From contig CACYZF010000010.1 in NCBI GenBank assembly GCA_902778895.1, forward strand, positions 71,785-135,784: a stretch of DNA of 64,000 nucleotides, written 5' to 3'. The translations under genes were made by a program, and so were the position numbers. Of the stretch, positions 26,692-37,708 are shown one piece after another (the stretch's first letter is position 1; each line of letters opens with the position of its first letter). The DNA is from an uncultured bacterium (GTDB lineage: Bacteria; Verrucomicrobiota; Lentisphaeria; Victivallales; UBA1829). The notes beneath the pieces are model-generated. The model saw only the letters and a program-made list of their open reading frames with translations. It made no database searches and had not been told where the DNA came from.

Positions 26692-28242
26692 ATGAAACGT
26701 CTTGCACTCGCGCTGGCAGTCCCTGTTCTGCTGATCATCCTCCCGCTCGTGCTCAGGCCATCCGCCGACTGGAGCCCGGACGCGCCGGAAAGCCTCGTGA
26801 TCATCACGCCGAACTCGGAACAGATCAAGTACGAGTTCGAGCGTGCGTTCCGCAAATGGTACAGGGAGCACCACGGACGCGACATCAGGATCGACTGGCG
26901 CAGTCCCGGCGGCACCAGCGACATCGTGCGCTACATCAACGACCGGTTCGAAGCGGAATTCCGTCTGTACGCGCTCGAAAAAGGACTGGAATGGGACCGT
27001 GACACGGCGGCGGCTTTCAAGAATTCCAAGCTCACGGCCGACGACCATCCGGCGCGGAAGCTCCTGCTCGAATCCGACATCGGCATCGGCATCGACCTCT
27101 TCTTCGGCGGCGGCACGTACGACCAGGCGAAATTCGCCTCGATCGGCTACGCGGTCGACGCGGGCGTGAAGGACCGCCACCCGGACTGGTTCACCGACGA
27201 TGTCATCCCTATGAACTTCGCGGGCGAGCAGATCTACGACCCGGAAGGGCGCTACTACGGATATTGCCTCTCCTCGTTCGGCATCGCGTACAATTTCCGG
27301 CGCATCCGCGAACTCGGCATCGAACCGCCGCAGAACTGGACCGACCTCGCGGATCCGACGTATTTCGGCACGCTCGTGCTCGCCGATCCGACCAAATCCG
27401 GCTCCATCACCAAGTGCTACGAAATGATTATCCAGCAGGCCATGGCCGAACTCGGCCCGGAACAGGGCTGGCTGGAGGGATTCCGCCGCGTGAAGCTCCT
27501 CACGGCCAACGCGCGTTCCATCGCCGATGCCGCGGGCAAAGTTGTCCGCGACGTCTCCTCCGGCGAGGCCGCGGCGGGCGTCTGCATCGACTTCTACGGC
27601 TTCAGCGAGGCCGAATGGTCCCGCCAGAGGACCGGCGAACCGTCCATGACCTATGTCATGCCGCGCGGCGGCACCGCCGTCACGGCCGACCCCGTTCAGC
27701 TCCTGCGCGGCGCGCCGAATCCCGGCGCGGCAAAGGATTTCATCGATTTCCTGCTCTCGAAGGAAGGCGCGGCGATCTGGCTCCTGAAACCCGGCGTGCC
27801 AGGCGGCCCGGAAAAATACGTCCAGCTCCGCCCGACCGTCCGGAAGGATTCCCCGCTTGAGTTACCGAAAGACCGGCTCGCCCTGCCCGATTACCGTCCC
27901 TACGACCTCGGCGGCACGTTCGAATACAATTCCGCTTGGACGGGGCGCTACTTCAGCCTCATCCGCGTGCTCATCAAGTGCGCGGCGCTCGACCCAGAGG
28001 ACGACCTGCGCACCGCCTGGAAAGCCATCCTGGACAACGGCGGCCCGGAGGCCAATCCCGAGGCCATGGCCGAACTTCTCACGCTCCCCGTGCCGTATGA
28101 ATCCGCCGCGGACGAGTCGAAAGCCCTGAGCGGCACGCCCGCCGAAGCGGCAGCCGCACGCACCCGCTGGACAGAAGTCGCGCGCACGACCTATCTTCGC
28201 GCCGCCGAACTCGCCCGGAAGAAAGGAAGCGCGTCGAAATGA
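26692..28242 (+). CDS. ABC transporter periplasmic substrate-binding protein (Fe3+/thiamine-type SBP family 1-like)
   Basis: N-terminal signal/anchor. Size and position between the ATPase and the permease. Substrate not assignable from sequence by eye. Confidence 0.7.
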   Translation: MKRLALALAVPVLLIILPLVLRPSADWSPDAPESLVIITPNSEQIKYEFERAFRKWYREHHGRDIRIDWRSPGGTSDIVRYINDRFEAEFRLYALEKGLEWDRDTAAAFKNSKLTADDHPARKLLLESDIGIGIDLFFGGGTYDQAKFASIGYAVDAGVKDRHPDWFTDDVIPMNFAGEQIYDPEGRYYGYCLSSFGIAYNFRRIRELGIEPPQNWTDLADPTYFGTLVLADPTKSGSITKCYEMIIQQAMAELGPEQGWLEGFRRVKLLTANARSIADAAGKVVRDVSSGEAAAGVCIDFYGFSEAEWSRQRTGEPSMTYVMPRGGTAVTADPVQLLRGAPNPGAAKDFIDFLLSKEGAAIWLLKPGVPGGPEKYVQLRPTVRKDSPLELPKDRLALPDYRPYDLGGTFEYNSAWTGRYFSLIRVLIKCAALDPEDDLRTAWKAILDNGGPEANPEAMAELLTLPVPYESAADESKALSGTPAEAAAARTRWTEVARTTYLRAAELARKKGSASK

Positions 28243-29906
28243 AACGATTCCTCTCCATCTTTCTGGCGCTCGCGGTCCTGACCTTCTTCGCGCTGTTTCT
28301 CTTCCTGCCGCTCTTCACGGTCGTGGCGGTGGGGTGCGACCCGGCGGTCATGCGCGAAGTCTTCCGCAGCCGCCTGTACCTTCATGGCATGCTGAACTCG
28401 CTCGCCGTCGCGGCCGTCACCACGGCCCTCGTCTTCCTGATCTCCATTCCGCTCGCCGCGATCTACGACAAATACGATTTCCCCGGCAAAAACGCGTGTT
28501 CCGTGATGATGATGGCTCCGATGATCCTGCCGCCGTTCGTCGGCGCGCTCGGATTCCAGCAGCTCCTCGGCCACTACGGCCTCCTGAACAGCATCCTCGG
28601 CGCGGCCGGGCTGCCCACGGTCGACTGGCTCGGTGGAAACGGCAGGTTCTGGAGCGTCTGCGTGATCCAGGCCCTGCATCTGTACCCGATTGCCTACCTC
28701 AACCTCGTCACGGCGTTCGGGAACATCGACCCGTCCCTGCTCGAATCCGCCCGCAACGCCGGCGCGGGGCCGTGGCAGAGGTTCCGCAGCATCACGCTGC
28801 CCATGCTCAAACCAGGCCTCCTCGCGGGCGGCAGCATCGTCCTCATCTGGGCGTTCACCGAACTCGGAACCCCGCTCATGTTCGGATACAACACCGTTAC
28901 TCCGGTCCAGATCTTCAACGGCGTGACCGAGCTCGGCACCAATCCCGCCGCGTATTCCCTCGTGATCGTCACGCTCGCCGTATCCTGCCTGCTCTACCTC
29001 GGCGCAAAGCTTCTGCTCGGACACGGCACGGCAGCCTCGGCCGCGAAAGGCACGCCGGGCGCTTCCGCCAGAAAACTGACCGGCCCCGACCGCTGGATCC
29101 CGCTCGCGGTCTTCCTCGGCTTCACGTTCATCGCTTCGCTGCCGCACATCTGCCTCGTGCTGATCGCATCCTCCGCGAGCTGGAGCGGTACGATCCTGCC
29201 GGAACACTTTTCGCTGATGCACTACCGCAATGCACTCGGCGACCATCTGGTCGTACCGAGCATCGTGAACAGCCTGAAATATGCGCTTCTCGCCACGGCG
29301 CTGGCGCTGGCCGCGGGCGTACTGACGGCGTTCCTGACCAGGCGCGGCAGTCTCAAATTCGGCTGGCTGCTCGATCTCGTCGCCATGACCCCGCTCATGA
29401 TCCCCGGCGTCGTGATGGCAGTCGGATTTCTCGGCATGTCCATCCGCTACCGGTGGGCGCATATGCTGTTCGACCCCGTCGCGAATCCTGTCTTCCTGCT
29501 CGCGATCGCCTATGCCGTCCGGCGCGTGCCGTATGTGTTGCGGTCCGTCGCGGGCGGGCTCGACCAGACGCCGGAGGAACTCGAACGCGCCTCGCGGAAC
29601 GCCGGAGCGGGCTACGGCCGCACGATCCTCAAGGTCACGCTCCCGCTGGTGGCGGCGAACCTGGTCGTGGGCGCGCTGTTCGCGTTCAGCTTCTCCATGA
29701 TGGAAGTCTCCGATTCCCTGATCCTCGCGCAGAAGGCCGAATTCTACCCGATCACGAAGGCCATCTACGAGCTGTCGCAGTATCTCGGCGCGGGTCCGTA
29801 CACCGCCGCGGCGTTCGGCGTATGGTCGATGTGTTTCCTGGCGTCCATCCTCGCCGCCGCGTCCGTCCTGCTCGGCAGGAAGATCGGTTCTCTCTTCAGC
29901 ATCTGA
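28239..29906 (+). CDS. ABC transporter permease, duplicated (two BPD_transp_1 domains; FbpB/ThiP-like)
   Basis: ~12 TM. Two EAA-like loops (LLESARNAGAGPWQRFRSITLP and ELERASRNAGAGYGRTILKVTLP). 4-nt overlap with the SBP gene. Confidence 0.85.
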   Translation: MKRFLSIFLALAVLTFFALFLFLPLFTVVAVGCDPAVMREVFRSRLYLHGMLNSLAVAAVTTALVFLISIPLAAIYDKYDFPGKNACSVMMMAPMILPPFVGALGFQQLLGHYGLLNSILGAAGLPTVDWLGGNGRFWSVCVIQALHLYPIAYLNLVTAFGNIDPSLLESARNAGAGPWQRFRSITLPMLKPGLLAGGSIVLIWAFTELGTPLMFGYNTVTPVQIFNGVTELGTNPAAYSLVIVTLAVSCLLYLGAKLLLGHGTAASAAKGTPGASARKLTGPDRWIPLAVFLGFTFIASLPHICLVLIASSASWSGTILPEHFSLMHYRNALGDHLVVPSIVNSLKYALLATALALAAGVLTAFLTRRGSLKFGWLLDLVAMTPLMIPGVVMAVGFLGMSIRYRWAHMLFDPVANPVFLLAIAYAVRRVPYVLRSVAGGLDQTPEELERASRNAGAGYGRTILKVTLPLVAANLVVGALFAFSFSMMEVSDSLILAQKAEFYPITKAIYELSQYLGAGPYTAAAFGVWSMCFLASILAAASVLLGRKIGSLFSI

Positions 29907-29947
29907 CGCCGTCCCGATAAAAAAACGGAATAGTTCGTCCCTCCTGT

Positions 29948-29976
29948 TTGTATTGCGGATGAAACCATGCTATATT
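29948..29976 (+). promoter_or_regulatory. sigma70-type promoter (extended -10) for metK
   Basis: TTGTAT-N17-TATATT with TGc before the -10. Confidence 0.5.
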
Positions 29977-30056
29977 ATATAGTTAGCCGTCTTTGACCGT
30001 CCGCCGGACGGAATCCGTCATCATTCATCTCTTTACCCATAACGAATCCAAACACC

Positions 30057-31241
30057 ATGAGCAATCTCAAAAAAGACTATCTGTTCACCTCCGAATCCGT
30101 TTCCGAAGGTCATCCCGACAAAGTCGCGGACCAGATCTCCGATGCAATTCTCGACGCCTGTCTGGAGCAGGATAAAGACAGCCACGTGGCGATCGAAACG
30201 CTCTGCACCACGGACTTCATCGTGCTCGCGGGCGAAATCAGAACGAACGCAAACGTCGACTGGGAAAAGACCGCCCGCGAAGTCGTGCGCGACATCGGCT
30301 ACACCGATCCGGAAATCGGATTCGCCGCCGACACGGCGGAAGTCCTGCTGAGAATCCACAAACAGTCCGCCGACATCGCGCAGGGCGTGGACGCCGGCGA
30401 GAACAAAGCGCAGGGCGCGGGCGACCAGGGCATGATGTTCGGATTCGCCTGCACCGAGACCGACGCGCTGATGCCCGCCCCGATCTACTACGCGCACCGC
30501 ATCGTGGCCGAACTCGCGCGTCTGCGCAAGACCGAGCCGCAGAAATACGCGTTCCTCCGTCCTGACGCAAAGAGCCAGGTCTCTTTCCGTTACGTGAATG
30601 GCAAGCCCGTCTCCATCGAAACGGTCGTCGTCTCCACGCAGCACACGAAGGACGCCACCCGCGCCCAGCTCGAAGCCCTCGTGAAGAAGGTCGTCGCGGA
30701 CGTGATCCCCGCTCAATACCTGACGGAAAAGACCGTTTATTTCGTGAACCCGACCGGCAACTTCGTGATCGGCGGCCCCGCGGGCGATACCGGCCTGACC
30801 GGACGCAAGATCATCGTCGACACCTACGGCGGACGCGGCCTGCACGGCGGCGGCGCATTCTCCGGCAAAGACCCGTCCAAAGTGGACCGTTCCGCAGCCT
30901 ACATGTGCCGTTATATCGCCAAGAACATCGTGAAGGCCGGACTTGCCGACCAGTGCCAGATCCAGGTGGCCTACGCCATCGGCGTGACCGAGCCGGTCTC
31001 CATCTTCGTTGACACCTTCGGCACCGGCAAGCTGAGCGACGCCGCGCTGGAAAAAGCTGTCCGCGAAGTCTTCGACATGACCCCGGCGGGCATCACCTCC
31101 ACGCTCGGGCTGAAAGAACGCAAAGGCTGGACCTACCGCCAGACCGCGGCCTACGGGCACTTCGGACGCAACGGTTTCCCGTGGGAAGCCACCGACAAAG
31201 TCGACGCACTCCTCGCGGCGGCGAAGAAATACGCGGATTGA
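30057..31241 (+). CDS. metK: S-adenosylmethionine synthase
   Basis: [56 protein letters not shown]. Confidence 0.97.
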   Translation: MSNLKKDYLFTSESVSEGHPDKVADQISDAILDACLEQDKDSHVAIETLCTTDFIVLAGEIRTNANVDWEKTAREVVRDIGYTDPEIGFAADTAEVLLRIHKQSADIAQGVDAGENKAQGAGDQGMMFGFACTETDALMPAPIYYAHRIVAELARLRKTEPQKYAFLRPDAKSQVSFRYVNGKPVSIETVVVSTQHTKDATRAQLEALVKKVVADVIPAQYLTEKTVYFVNPTGNFVIGGPAGDTGLTGRKIIVDTYGGRGLHGGGAFSGKDPSKVDRSAAYMCRYIAKNIVKAGLADQCQIQVAYAIGVTEPVSIFVDTFGTGKLSDAALEKAVREVFDMTPAGITSTLGLKERKGWTYRQTAAYGHFGRNGFPWEATDKVDALLAAAKKYAD

Positions 31242-31263
31242 CCTCGCAACGGGGCGTTCCGGG

Positions 31264-32277
31264 ATGAACAACAGCCAGTCCGCCGCAGTCCTCGGCGCGG
31301 GAACCGCGATCGTCGATCTGCTGGTTCGCGTCGACGACGAGTTTCTGGCGCGGGAACTCCCCGACGGACGCGGCAACACCACCTGGGTCGAAGCCGCACG
31401 TCTGGACGAACTGATCCGGCTGCTCCGGGAACGCGGATTCCAGCCGGAAAAAGCGCCCGGCGGCTCGACCGGAAATCTCCTCTGCGGACTCGCCGAACTC
31501 GGCTGTGAAACGCGTTTCCTCGGCTGGCTCGGCCTTGACGACGACGGCGTGTACTACCGCGACACTTTTGCGGAATCCGGCGGCAACATCCGTTCATTCA
31601 AATACCATCCGGCGAAACACACCGGACGCTGCCTGAGCCTGGTCTCGCCCGACGCCGACCGCTCCATGGTGACCGACCTCGGCGCATCCGCGGAAATGCG
31701 TGCGGACGGGATCCGGGAATCCGACCTCGAAGGCGTTTCCCTCCTGCATACCGAGGGCTATCTTTGCGGACTGAAGGACCGGACATTTCTGCAGCGTCTC
31801 TTTGAGCAGGCGAAAAACGCCGGAATCCCCGTGAGCTTCGACCTGGCATCCTACGGGATCGTCCGGGAATACCGCGACGATATCCGCGAGTATCTCGGCA
31901 AATACGTCGACGTCGTGTTCGCGAACGAACTGGAAGCGGCGGAATTCGCCGGGACCGGTGATCCCGACGCCATGCTCAACGCCCTCGCGGAACTCTGCCC
32001 CGTCGCCGCCGTCAAGCTCGGCGCGCTCGGTTCGCTCGTCCGCATGGACAGCCGCACGGTCAGAATCGCGCCGGAACACGCAAACGCGGTCGACGCGACG
32101 GGCGCAGGCGACCTCTGGCAGGCCGGATTCCTGTTCGGATGGCTTCATCATGCCGCACCGGAGGTGTGCGGACGTATCGGCTCCATCCTCGGCGCCGCCG
32201 CCGTATCGAATTTCGGGGCACGCCTGCCGGAAGACCGTTGGCACGAACTGCGGGAACGCATCCGCTCCATGATCTGA
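31264..32277 (+). CDS. PfkB-family carbohydrate/nucleoside kinase, probably adenosine kinase
   Basis: PfkB signature DATGAGDLWQAGFLFG and N-terminal GxGxAxVD. Its position between metK and ahcY suggests adenosine salvage in the methyl cycle. Confidence 0.7.
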   Translation: MNNSQSAAVLGAGTAIVDLLVRVDDEFLARELPDGRGNTTWVEAARLDELIRLLRERGFQPEKAPGGSTGNLLCGLAELGCETRFLGWLGLDDDGVYYRDTFAESGGNIRSFKYHPAKHTGRCLSLVSPDADRSMVTDLGASAEMRADGIRESDLEGVSLLHTEGYLCGLKDRTFLQRLFEQAKNAGIPVSFDLASYGIVREYRDDIREYLGKYVDVVFANELEAAEFAGTGDPDAMLNALAELCPVAAVKLGALGSLVRMDSRTVRIAPEHANAVDATGAGDLWQAGFLFGWLHHAAPEVCGRIGSILGAAAVSNFGARLPEDRWHELRERIRSMI

Positions 32278-32328
32278 ACACAATCTTCATTCATAACATA
32301 TCACAACACAAACGGAAAGGACCTCACA

Positions 32329-33762
32329 ATGGCAACGAAAACATCCAGGAAGACCAAAGGCGAATATCTGATCCGGGACATCGGACTGGCCGACTTCGGA
32401 CGTAAGGAAATCGAGATCGCCGAGTATGAAATGCCCGGCCTCATGGCGATTCGCGAAAAATACAGCAAATCCAAACCGCTCGCCGGAATCCGCATCATGG
32501 GCTGCCTGCACATGACCATCCAGACTGCGGTCCTCATCGAAACCCTCGCCGAACTCGGCGCCGATCTCCGCTGGTGCTCCTGCAACATCTTCTCCACGCA
32601 GGACCACGCCGCGGCCGCCATCGCGAAACGCGGCATCCCGGTCTTCGCCTACAAAGGCGAAAGCATCCCGGAATACTGGCAGTTCGTCATGAAGGCGATG
32701 ATCTGGCCGGACGGCAAGGGCCCGGACCAGATCGTGGACGACGGCGGCGACGCCACCGGACTGATCCACATGGGCGTGAAGGGCGAGCTTGATCCGTCTT
32801 TCCTGAAAACCGCGCCGAAATCCGCCGACGAAAAGGCTGTTTTCGCGATTCTGAACGACGTCCGGAAGAAAGACCGCAAGTTCTGGCAGAAGATCGCGGC
32901 GAACATGAAGGGCGTCTCCGAGGAGACCACCACCGGCATCCACCGCCTCATCCAGCTCGCGAAGTCCGGCGAACTCCTCTTCCCCGCCATCAACGTGAAC
33001 GACTCCGTCACGAAATCCAAATTCGACAACGTCTACGGCTGCCGCCACTCCCTGCCCGACGGGATCAAGCGCGCGCTCGACGTGCTGCTCTCCGGCAAAC
33101 AGGTCGTGGTCTGCGGCTACGGCGACGTCGGCAAGGGATGCGCCGAGGCCATGAAGAACGAACGCGCACGTGTCGTCGTGACCGAAGTCGATCCGATCTG
33201 CGCGCTTCAGGCATGCATGGCTGGATTCCAGGTCGCCCGCATCGAGGACGCGCTGAAGACCGCCGACGTCTATGTGACCTGCACCGGCAACTGCCATATC
33301 ATCACGGCCAAGCACATGGCTGCCATGAAGGACCAGGCGATCGTCTGCAACATCGGGCACTTCGACGACGAGATCGACGTGGCCGGACTGAAGGCGGTCA
33401 AGGGCATCAAAGTCACCGAGATCAAGGGCTGCGAATGCCCCGTCCACAAGTACACCTTCCCCGACGGGCACAGCATCTACCTGCTTGCCGAAGGCCGTCT
33501 GGTCAACCTCGGCTGCGCCACAGGCCACCCGAACTTCGTCATGAGCTGCTCCTTCTCGAACCAGGTCCTCGCCCAGATCGAGATCGCCGGGAAGAAGCTA
33601 GAAAAGAAAGTCTACCTGATCCCGAAGAAGCTCGACGAGGAAGTCGCGCGTCTCCACCTCGCCAAGTGCGGCGCGAAACTCTCCAGGCTCACGCAGGAAC
33701 AGGCCGACTACATCGGCGTGAAGGTCTCCGGCCCCTTCAAGCCGGACGATTACCGCTACTGA
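32329..33762 (+). CDS. ahcY: adenosylhomocysteinase
   Basis: [72 protein letters not shown]. Confidence 0.97.
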   Translation: MATKTSRKTKGEYLIRDIGLADFGRKEIEIAEYEMPGLMAIREKYSKSKPLAGIRIMGCLHMTIQTAVLIETLAELGADLRWCSCNIFSTQDHAAAAIAKRGIPVFAYKGESIPEYWQFVMKAMIWPDGKGPDQIVDDGGDATGLIHMGVKGELDPSFLKTAPKSADEKAVFAILNDVRKKDRKFWQKIAANMKGVSEETTTGIHRLIQLAKSGELLFPAINVNDSVTKSKFDNVYGCRHSLPDGIKRALDVLLSGKQVVVCGYGDVGKGCAEAMKNERARVVVTEVDPICALQACMAGFQVARIEDALKTADVYVTCTGNCHIITAKHMAAMKDQAIVCNIGHFDDEIDVAGLKAVKGIKVTEIKGCECPVHKYTFPDGHSIYLLAEGRLVNLGCATGHPNFVMSCSFSNQVLAQIEIAGKKLEKKVYLIPKKLDEEVARLHLAKCGAKLSRLTQEQADYIGVKVSGPFKPDDYRY

Positions 33763-33842
33763 TCTGCAAGTTCAGGCAAAAACAGTCCGCCGCCCGCGTC
33801 TTTTTCAACGGGAGCGGCGGATTGATTTGAACCGGAAATGAT

Positions 33843-33872
33843 GCGCGGGATTCCGATTCCCGCGCCTTTTTT
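33843..33872 (+). terminator. rho-independent terminator after ahcY
   Basis: GCGCGGGA-ttccgat-TCCCGCGC followed by cTTTTTT. A second hairpin (33791-33826) lies just upstream. Confidence 0.8.
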
Positions 33873-34021
33873 ATTCCTCTGCGGGTTCAACACCCCGCTG
33901 CTTGCGGCGAATCCGCATAGAAAATGTTTTTGCGTCCGGCTCGTTCAGAGCCGTGAACGGTCGGGTCGGGCGTAATACCGTGAGGCTTGCCTCGCGGATA
34001 GCCTGACCGGAAGCAAAAACT

Positions 34022-37000
34022 TTATTTTCCGCTGCCGCCTTTTTCCTCCGGTTGTTTCACATCCGGGAGAAGAAGGCCGAAGGCGGCCATGGTCTCGGCC
34101 TGATGGATCACGGTACCTTCATTCATTTCAATGGCAAAGATCGTGTCGACGAAACAGTAAAGGGGCGGAGTTTTATCCCGTGCCGGGAAAAGTGTAGCGG
34201 TATAATTGTATTCCCTGCCTCTGTTGTCCGGGCCCTGTGCCTGCATTCCCCGGACAGAGAATCCGGTGGGATTGAACCGGCTGTTGTGAAGCGGGGCATG
34301 GATGCTGTTGGAGCCAAGCCCGACGATCCAGCAGAGATTCAGAGGGTTGCATCCGAGCGTATTATCCGCGGTCTTGATCATGGCTTCGCGGTATGCTTTG
34401 ACCTTGAGTTTATTGTCCGTAAATGCCCAGGCGTGCCAGACGACGGTGAGGAAGTGTTCGTAAGCGCCTGTACCCCAGTTGATCGGCGCATAGGGATGCC
34501 GGACGAACTTGTAGGGGGCTTTGTTTGATTCACTGATATACATGTCGGCTTCATCGCAGATGGTGCGGAGCACATCGGAATGAATCGTGGGATCTGACTT
34601 AGGCGGCAGAACTGCGGCATAGGCATAAGCCGCCAGCGTAAGATCGTAATTATCGTCCACCATCTTTGCCTTCGGATTCTTTTTCCACGGCGTATTGTCA
34701 AAAAAAGCCTGGTGATAAGCTTCTTCCCCCGTAGTATGGAAAAGCTGGGCTGCCGCATAGGCAAGCGGCGCGGTATAGAATGAGGCGAATGTTTTCGCGT
34801 TATTAGTCTGCGGCTTGTTCTTCAAGGCCCAGTCATAGGCACGTCGGGCACGGGCAAGGTAATCGGCGGCCATATCCTTCTTTCCAATGTTTTTGAGAAG
34901 GCGGGAGGCTTGCGCCATGGCTCCCGCAAAAAGGAATGACCCGCAACTATCCTTGGCAAAGACGAAATCGCCTTTCGGATCAAGTTCGACCGACTGGAAG
35001 AAGTTCGGGTCGCCGTCGGATTCCGTGCCGTTGTAAACGCCGCCATCCTCGTCCTGAAGCCCGATCCAGAGCTTCAGCGCCCAGAGCGCCTCGTCAAGAA
35101 TGTCCGGGATGCCGTTGCCTTTTTCCGGAATATTAAGCTGTCCATCGTAGAATTTCTTTGGCGCCACCTCATATGCGTCCATCAGGATCTGTGCGACATC
35201 GATATGCGAACGCGGGTTGTAGTCGCCTGCATCGTGGTGTCCGCCGGACGCCGTAAGAATCTTCGGCACGACGGCCTCAATCCGTTCGGAGAGTTTCGCG
35301 ATTTCCTCGACAGAGAGAACACGGTTATAAATACGGAATTCATCGAAATAGCATCCCTCCGCACCGATGTTCGTGACAGCACCGATCGTGATTTCATCCC
35401 CCGGAGAAAACTTGTCGGAAGTGGATGCTGCCTTCAGGAGTTTGCCGTCGCGATATACACGGCACATCCACTGGCCGGAAGCGGAGTCCGGGCCGATCGA
35501 GACGGTGTAACTGTGCCAAAGATCATCGCCGAACCGCCCGCCCGAATAGATTGTCGTGCCGTTGAATTGATAATACGGTACGCCCCAGCCACAATAGAAC
35601 CGGAAGGAATTGGATTTCCCTGACCGGAGGGCCAGCACATCGCCATCGAACTGGTTTCCCTTCGGCGCATCGGTACGCTGCAACCAGAAGTGGAACGTGA
35701 TTCCCTTCGACTTGTCATAGTCTATTTTTCCCGTCCAGCCGTTGTCCCGGCCGGATTTCGTCTCGAACACACGATTGGATTCCCCATCCCAGATCAGATT
35801 CGGCAACTTTTTGAAGGATTGAGCTGTCCCGTTCGACGGAGAAAGCGTCATGCCGCCCGGAACAGTATTCGCGGCGGAACCGTTGAACGGGAAATGCGCA
35901 ATAAGCCCGGGACCGGCATAAACAGAAGGAAGGTTGTTTACATCAAGGGAAGAATTCTTCTCGAAAATGGCTTTTTTCGCGTTAATATGAGCGTCGTCCC
36001 CGTCAATCCGCCGCTGCGTGGTCAGTTGAATCCCGTGATTGTGACAGGCGATACGGCGCCAATCCGAATACGGCGGCTCCAGCGCGATCCCGCACCGCTG
36101 GGCGAAAATACCGTATGCGGCGGTCTGAAACGCCTCGCCGTAAATATCGGACGCGATGGAAAATTCGAAGCTGCGTCCGGTGCCGGGGACCACGATATAA
36201 TAACGGCCCGGTGTCTTGAACGACGTAAAGTCAATCTCGTAGACGTTCTCTCCGGAATACTGGCTCCGCCCCTCCGAACGGTTTCCCGGATTGGAAAGGA
36301 CACTCTGTCCGGAAAAAACGACCTCATCCGTACGGGCATCCCGGATCTCGAACGACGGCGGAGTATCGTATTTGAGCGCGCGTTTCGAAAAATCATGCGC
36401 CGCGGCGGATACGATTCCCGATCTGACCGATTCCGCCTTGTCCGTTTTGGCCGGATCGGCTTTATCCCGGGAGGAATCCTTGTCCTTATCGTCTTTATCG
36501 TCCTTTTCGTCTTTATCGTCCTTTTCACCTTTGGCCCCTCCGAAGAATATCTCATCCGTGGAAATGTCGCGGAAATGCTCCTTTTCCGTGGATGTCGCCA
36601 GAATCGCGGCCTCGTCCGGGAAGGAACCGAGCCAGCGCCCGATTTCCGCCGTCTTGACCGCGGTAGTGATGTAGCCGACCTGATTGACCTTGATCGCGCT
36701 GGAATACGACTGTTTGCCGGAAAACACGATCTCAGCCGAATTTGCACCGGAAACAATGGCAGGATCGACCTCGACACGGAGCCGGTCCCCCTCCTTGAGC
36801 ACACGGTCCATCTGCAGGAAGACCTCATGCTGCAGGATGACGGAATACGGCCAGCCGGTCGGACGGTACAGATCGATCTGACTGCGGCGGCCCATGGCCT
36901 TGATCGCGGCGGATTCGCCATTCACCGTGACATGATAATGCTTGAGCAGATATCCCTCCTGACAGAAAAAGGTCGGACCGAATTCCAGACGGATGATGCC

Positions 37001-37615
37001 GTTGCCTACGCTGTCCAGTCCGCGGAGCCCCAGTACCGTCAGGGTCCTGAGCTCAGGCTGTCTCCTGATATCCGGAGCATTCGCGATATCGGCAGGATCG
37101 AACCGGAACTCGTAGGCGGCACGTCCGGCGGATACCACTTCGGTACCGCTTCCGTGCGTGACGACCGCATAGGTTTTGCCGGGCTGCATCGGCGCATGCA
37201 ACTTCAGATCGACCATTTCCCGCCTGAATTCGGAAATATTGGCCGCCTGGGATGCGGCTTTGAATCCATCCGGCACGGAGACCTCCACAACGCTGTGATT
37301 CTTCGGGAAAGACACGTCGGAGGGAAGAACAAACTTTTCATAGGCGTATTCCGGATCATCCTCACTGACGATACGGTATGCGCCAAGCTCCAGGAACGGG
37401 CTGGAGTTAGACGCCATGCCGATTTCGACCCGAATGACGTCGGCAGCGACGGGATATGCCTTTCGCACCCCCATCACCGTCATCACGAACGGTTTCTTGT
37501 CCGGTGCGGCAATCAGAACAGGATCGGCATCCAGTGCATATGCCGATGCCCCCCCGGCAAAAAACATACACACAAGGGCAAAGGCGGGAAGAACAGGATG
37601 AAATCTTCCAGTCAT
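34022..37615 (-). CDS. secreted glycoside hydrolase family 9 with N-terminal accessory region, Ig-like (CelD_N) module and a LamG-like domain inserted in the catalytic domain
   Basis: Start set at Met 37615 (SD AGGAG; signal peptide LVCMFFAGGASAYA) because a consensus promoter lies at 37709-37737 inside the longer ORF. IKVNQVGY (CelD_N); GH9 blocks FAQRCG...ACHN, GGHHDAGDYNPRS, GNGIPDILDEALWALK. LamG_3-like segment FPFNGSA...FHFWL...WHSYTVS...RVYRDGKL...FDEFRIYNRVLS lies between them. Confidence 0.8.
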   Translation of the reverse strand: MTGRFHPVLPAFALVCMFFAGGASAYALDADPVLIAAPDKKPFVMTVMGVRKAYPVAADVIRVEIGMASNSSPFLELGAYRIVSEDDPEYAYEKFVLPSDVSFPKNHSVVEVSVPDGFKAASQAANISEFRREMVDLKLHAPMQPGKTYAVVTHGSGTEVVSAGRAAYEFRFDPADIANAPDIRRQPELRTLTVLGLRGLDSVGNGIIRLEFGPTFFCQEGYLLKHYHVTVNGESAAIKAMGRRSQIDLYRPTGWPYSVILQHEVFLQMDRVLKEGDRLRVEVDPAIVSGANSAEIVFSGKQSYSSAIKVNQVGYITTAVKTAEIGRWLGSFPDEAAILATSTEKEHFRDISTDEIFFGGAKGEKDDKDEKDDKDDKDKDSSRDKADPAKTDKAESVRSGIVSAAAHDFSKRALKYDTPPSFEIRDARTDEVVFSGQSVLSNPGNRSEGRSQYSGENVYEIDFTSFKTPGRYYIVVPGTGRSFEFSIASDIYGEAFQTAAYGIFAQRCGIALEPPYSDWRRIACHNHGIQLTTQRRIDGDDAHINAKKAIFEKNSSLDVNNLPSVYAGPGLIAHFPFNGSAANTVPGGMTLSPSNGTAQSFKKLPNLIWDGESNRVFETKSGRDNGWTGKIDYDKSKGITFHFWLQRTDAPKGNQFDGDVLALRSGKSNSFRFYCGWGVPYYQFNGTTIYSGGRFGDDLWHSYTVSIGPDSASGQWMCRVYRDGKLLKAASTSDKFSPGDEITIGAVTNIGAEGCYFDEFRIYNRVLSVEEIAKLSERIEAVVPKILTASGGHHDAGDYNPRSHIDVAQILMDAYEVAPKKFYDGQLNIPEKGNGIPDILDEALWALKLWIGLQDEDGGVYNGTESDGDPNFFQSVELDPKGDFVFAKDSCGSFLFAGAMAQASRLLKNIGKKDMAADYLARARRAYDWALKNKPQTNNAKTFASFYTAPLAYAAAQLFHTTGEEAYHQAFFDNTPWKKNPKAKMVDDNYDLTLAAYAYAAVLPPKSDPTIHSDVLRTICDEADMYISESNKAPYKFVRHPYAPINWGTGAYEHFLTVVWHAWAFTDNKLKVKAYREAMIKTADNTLGCNPLNLCWIVGLGSNSIHAPLHNSRFNPTGFSVRGMQAQGPDNRGREYNYTATLFPARDKTPPLYCFVDTIFAIEMNEGTVIHQAETMAAFGLLLPDVKQPEEKGGSGK

Positions 37616-37708
37616 AACACGTCTCCTAAATAATGTATTTTGCGTTTCCGCCGACCTGCATAAGGACAGACAACGGAAGCGATTCGCATGTTTTTGAATT
37701 ACGACAAT

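Noticed and set aside
29907-30056. SAM riboswitch upstream of metK
   Set aside because: After subtracting the promoter only ~75 nt remain, and no SAM-I/II/V/VI or SAM-SAH consensus elements are recognisable by eye. Kept only as a low-interest leader observation.
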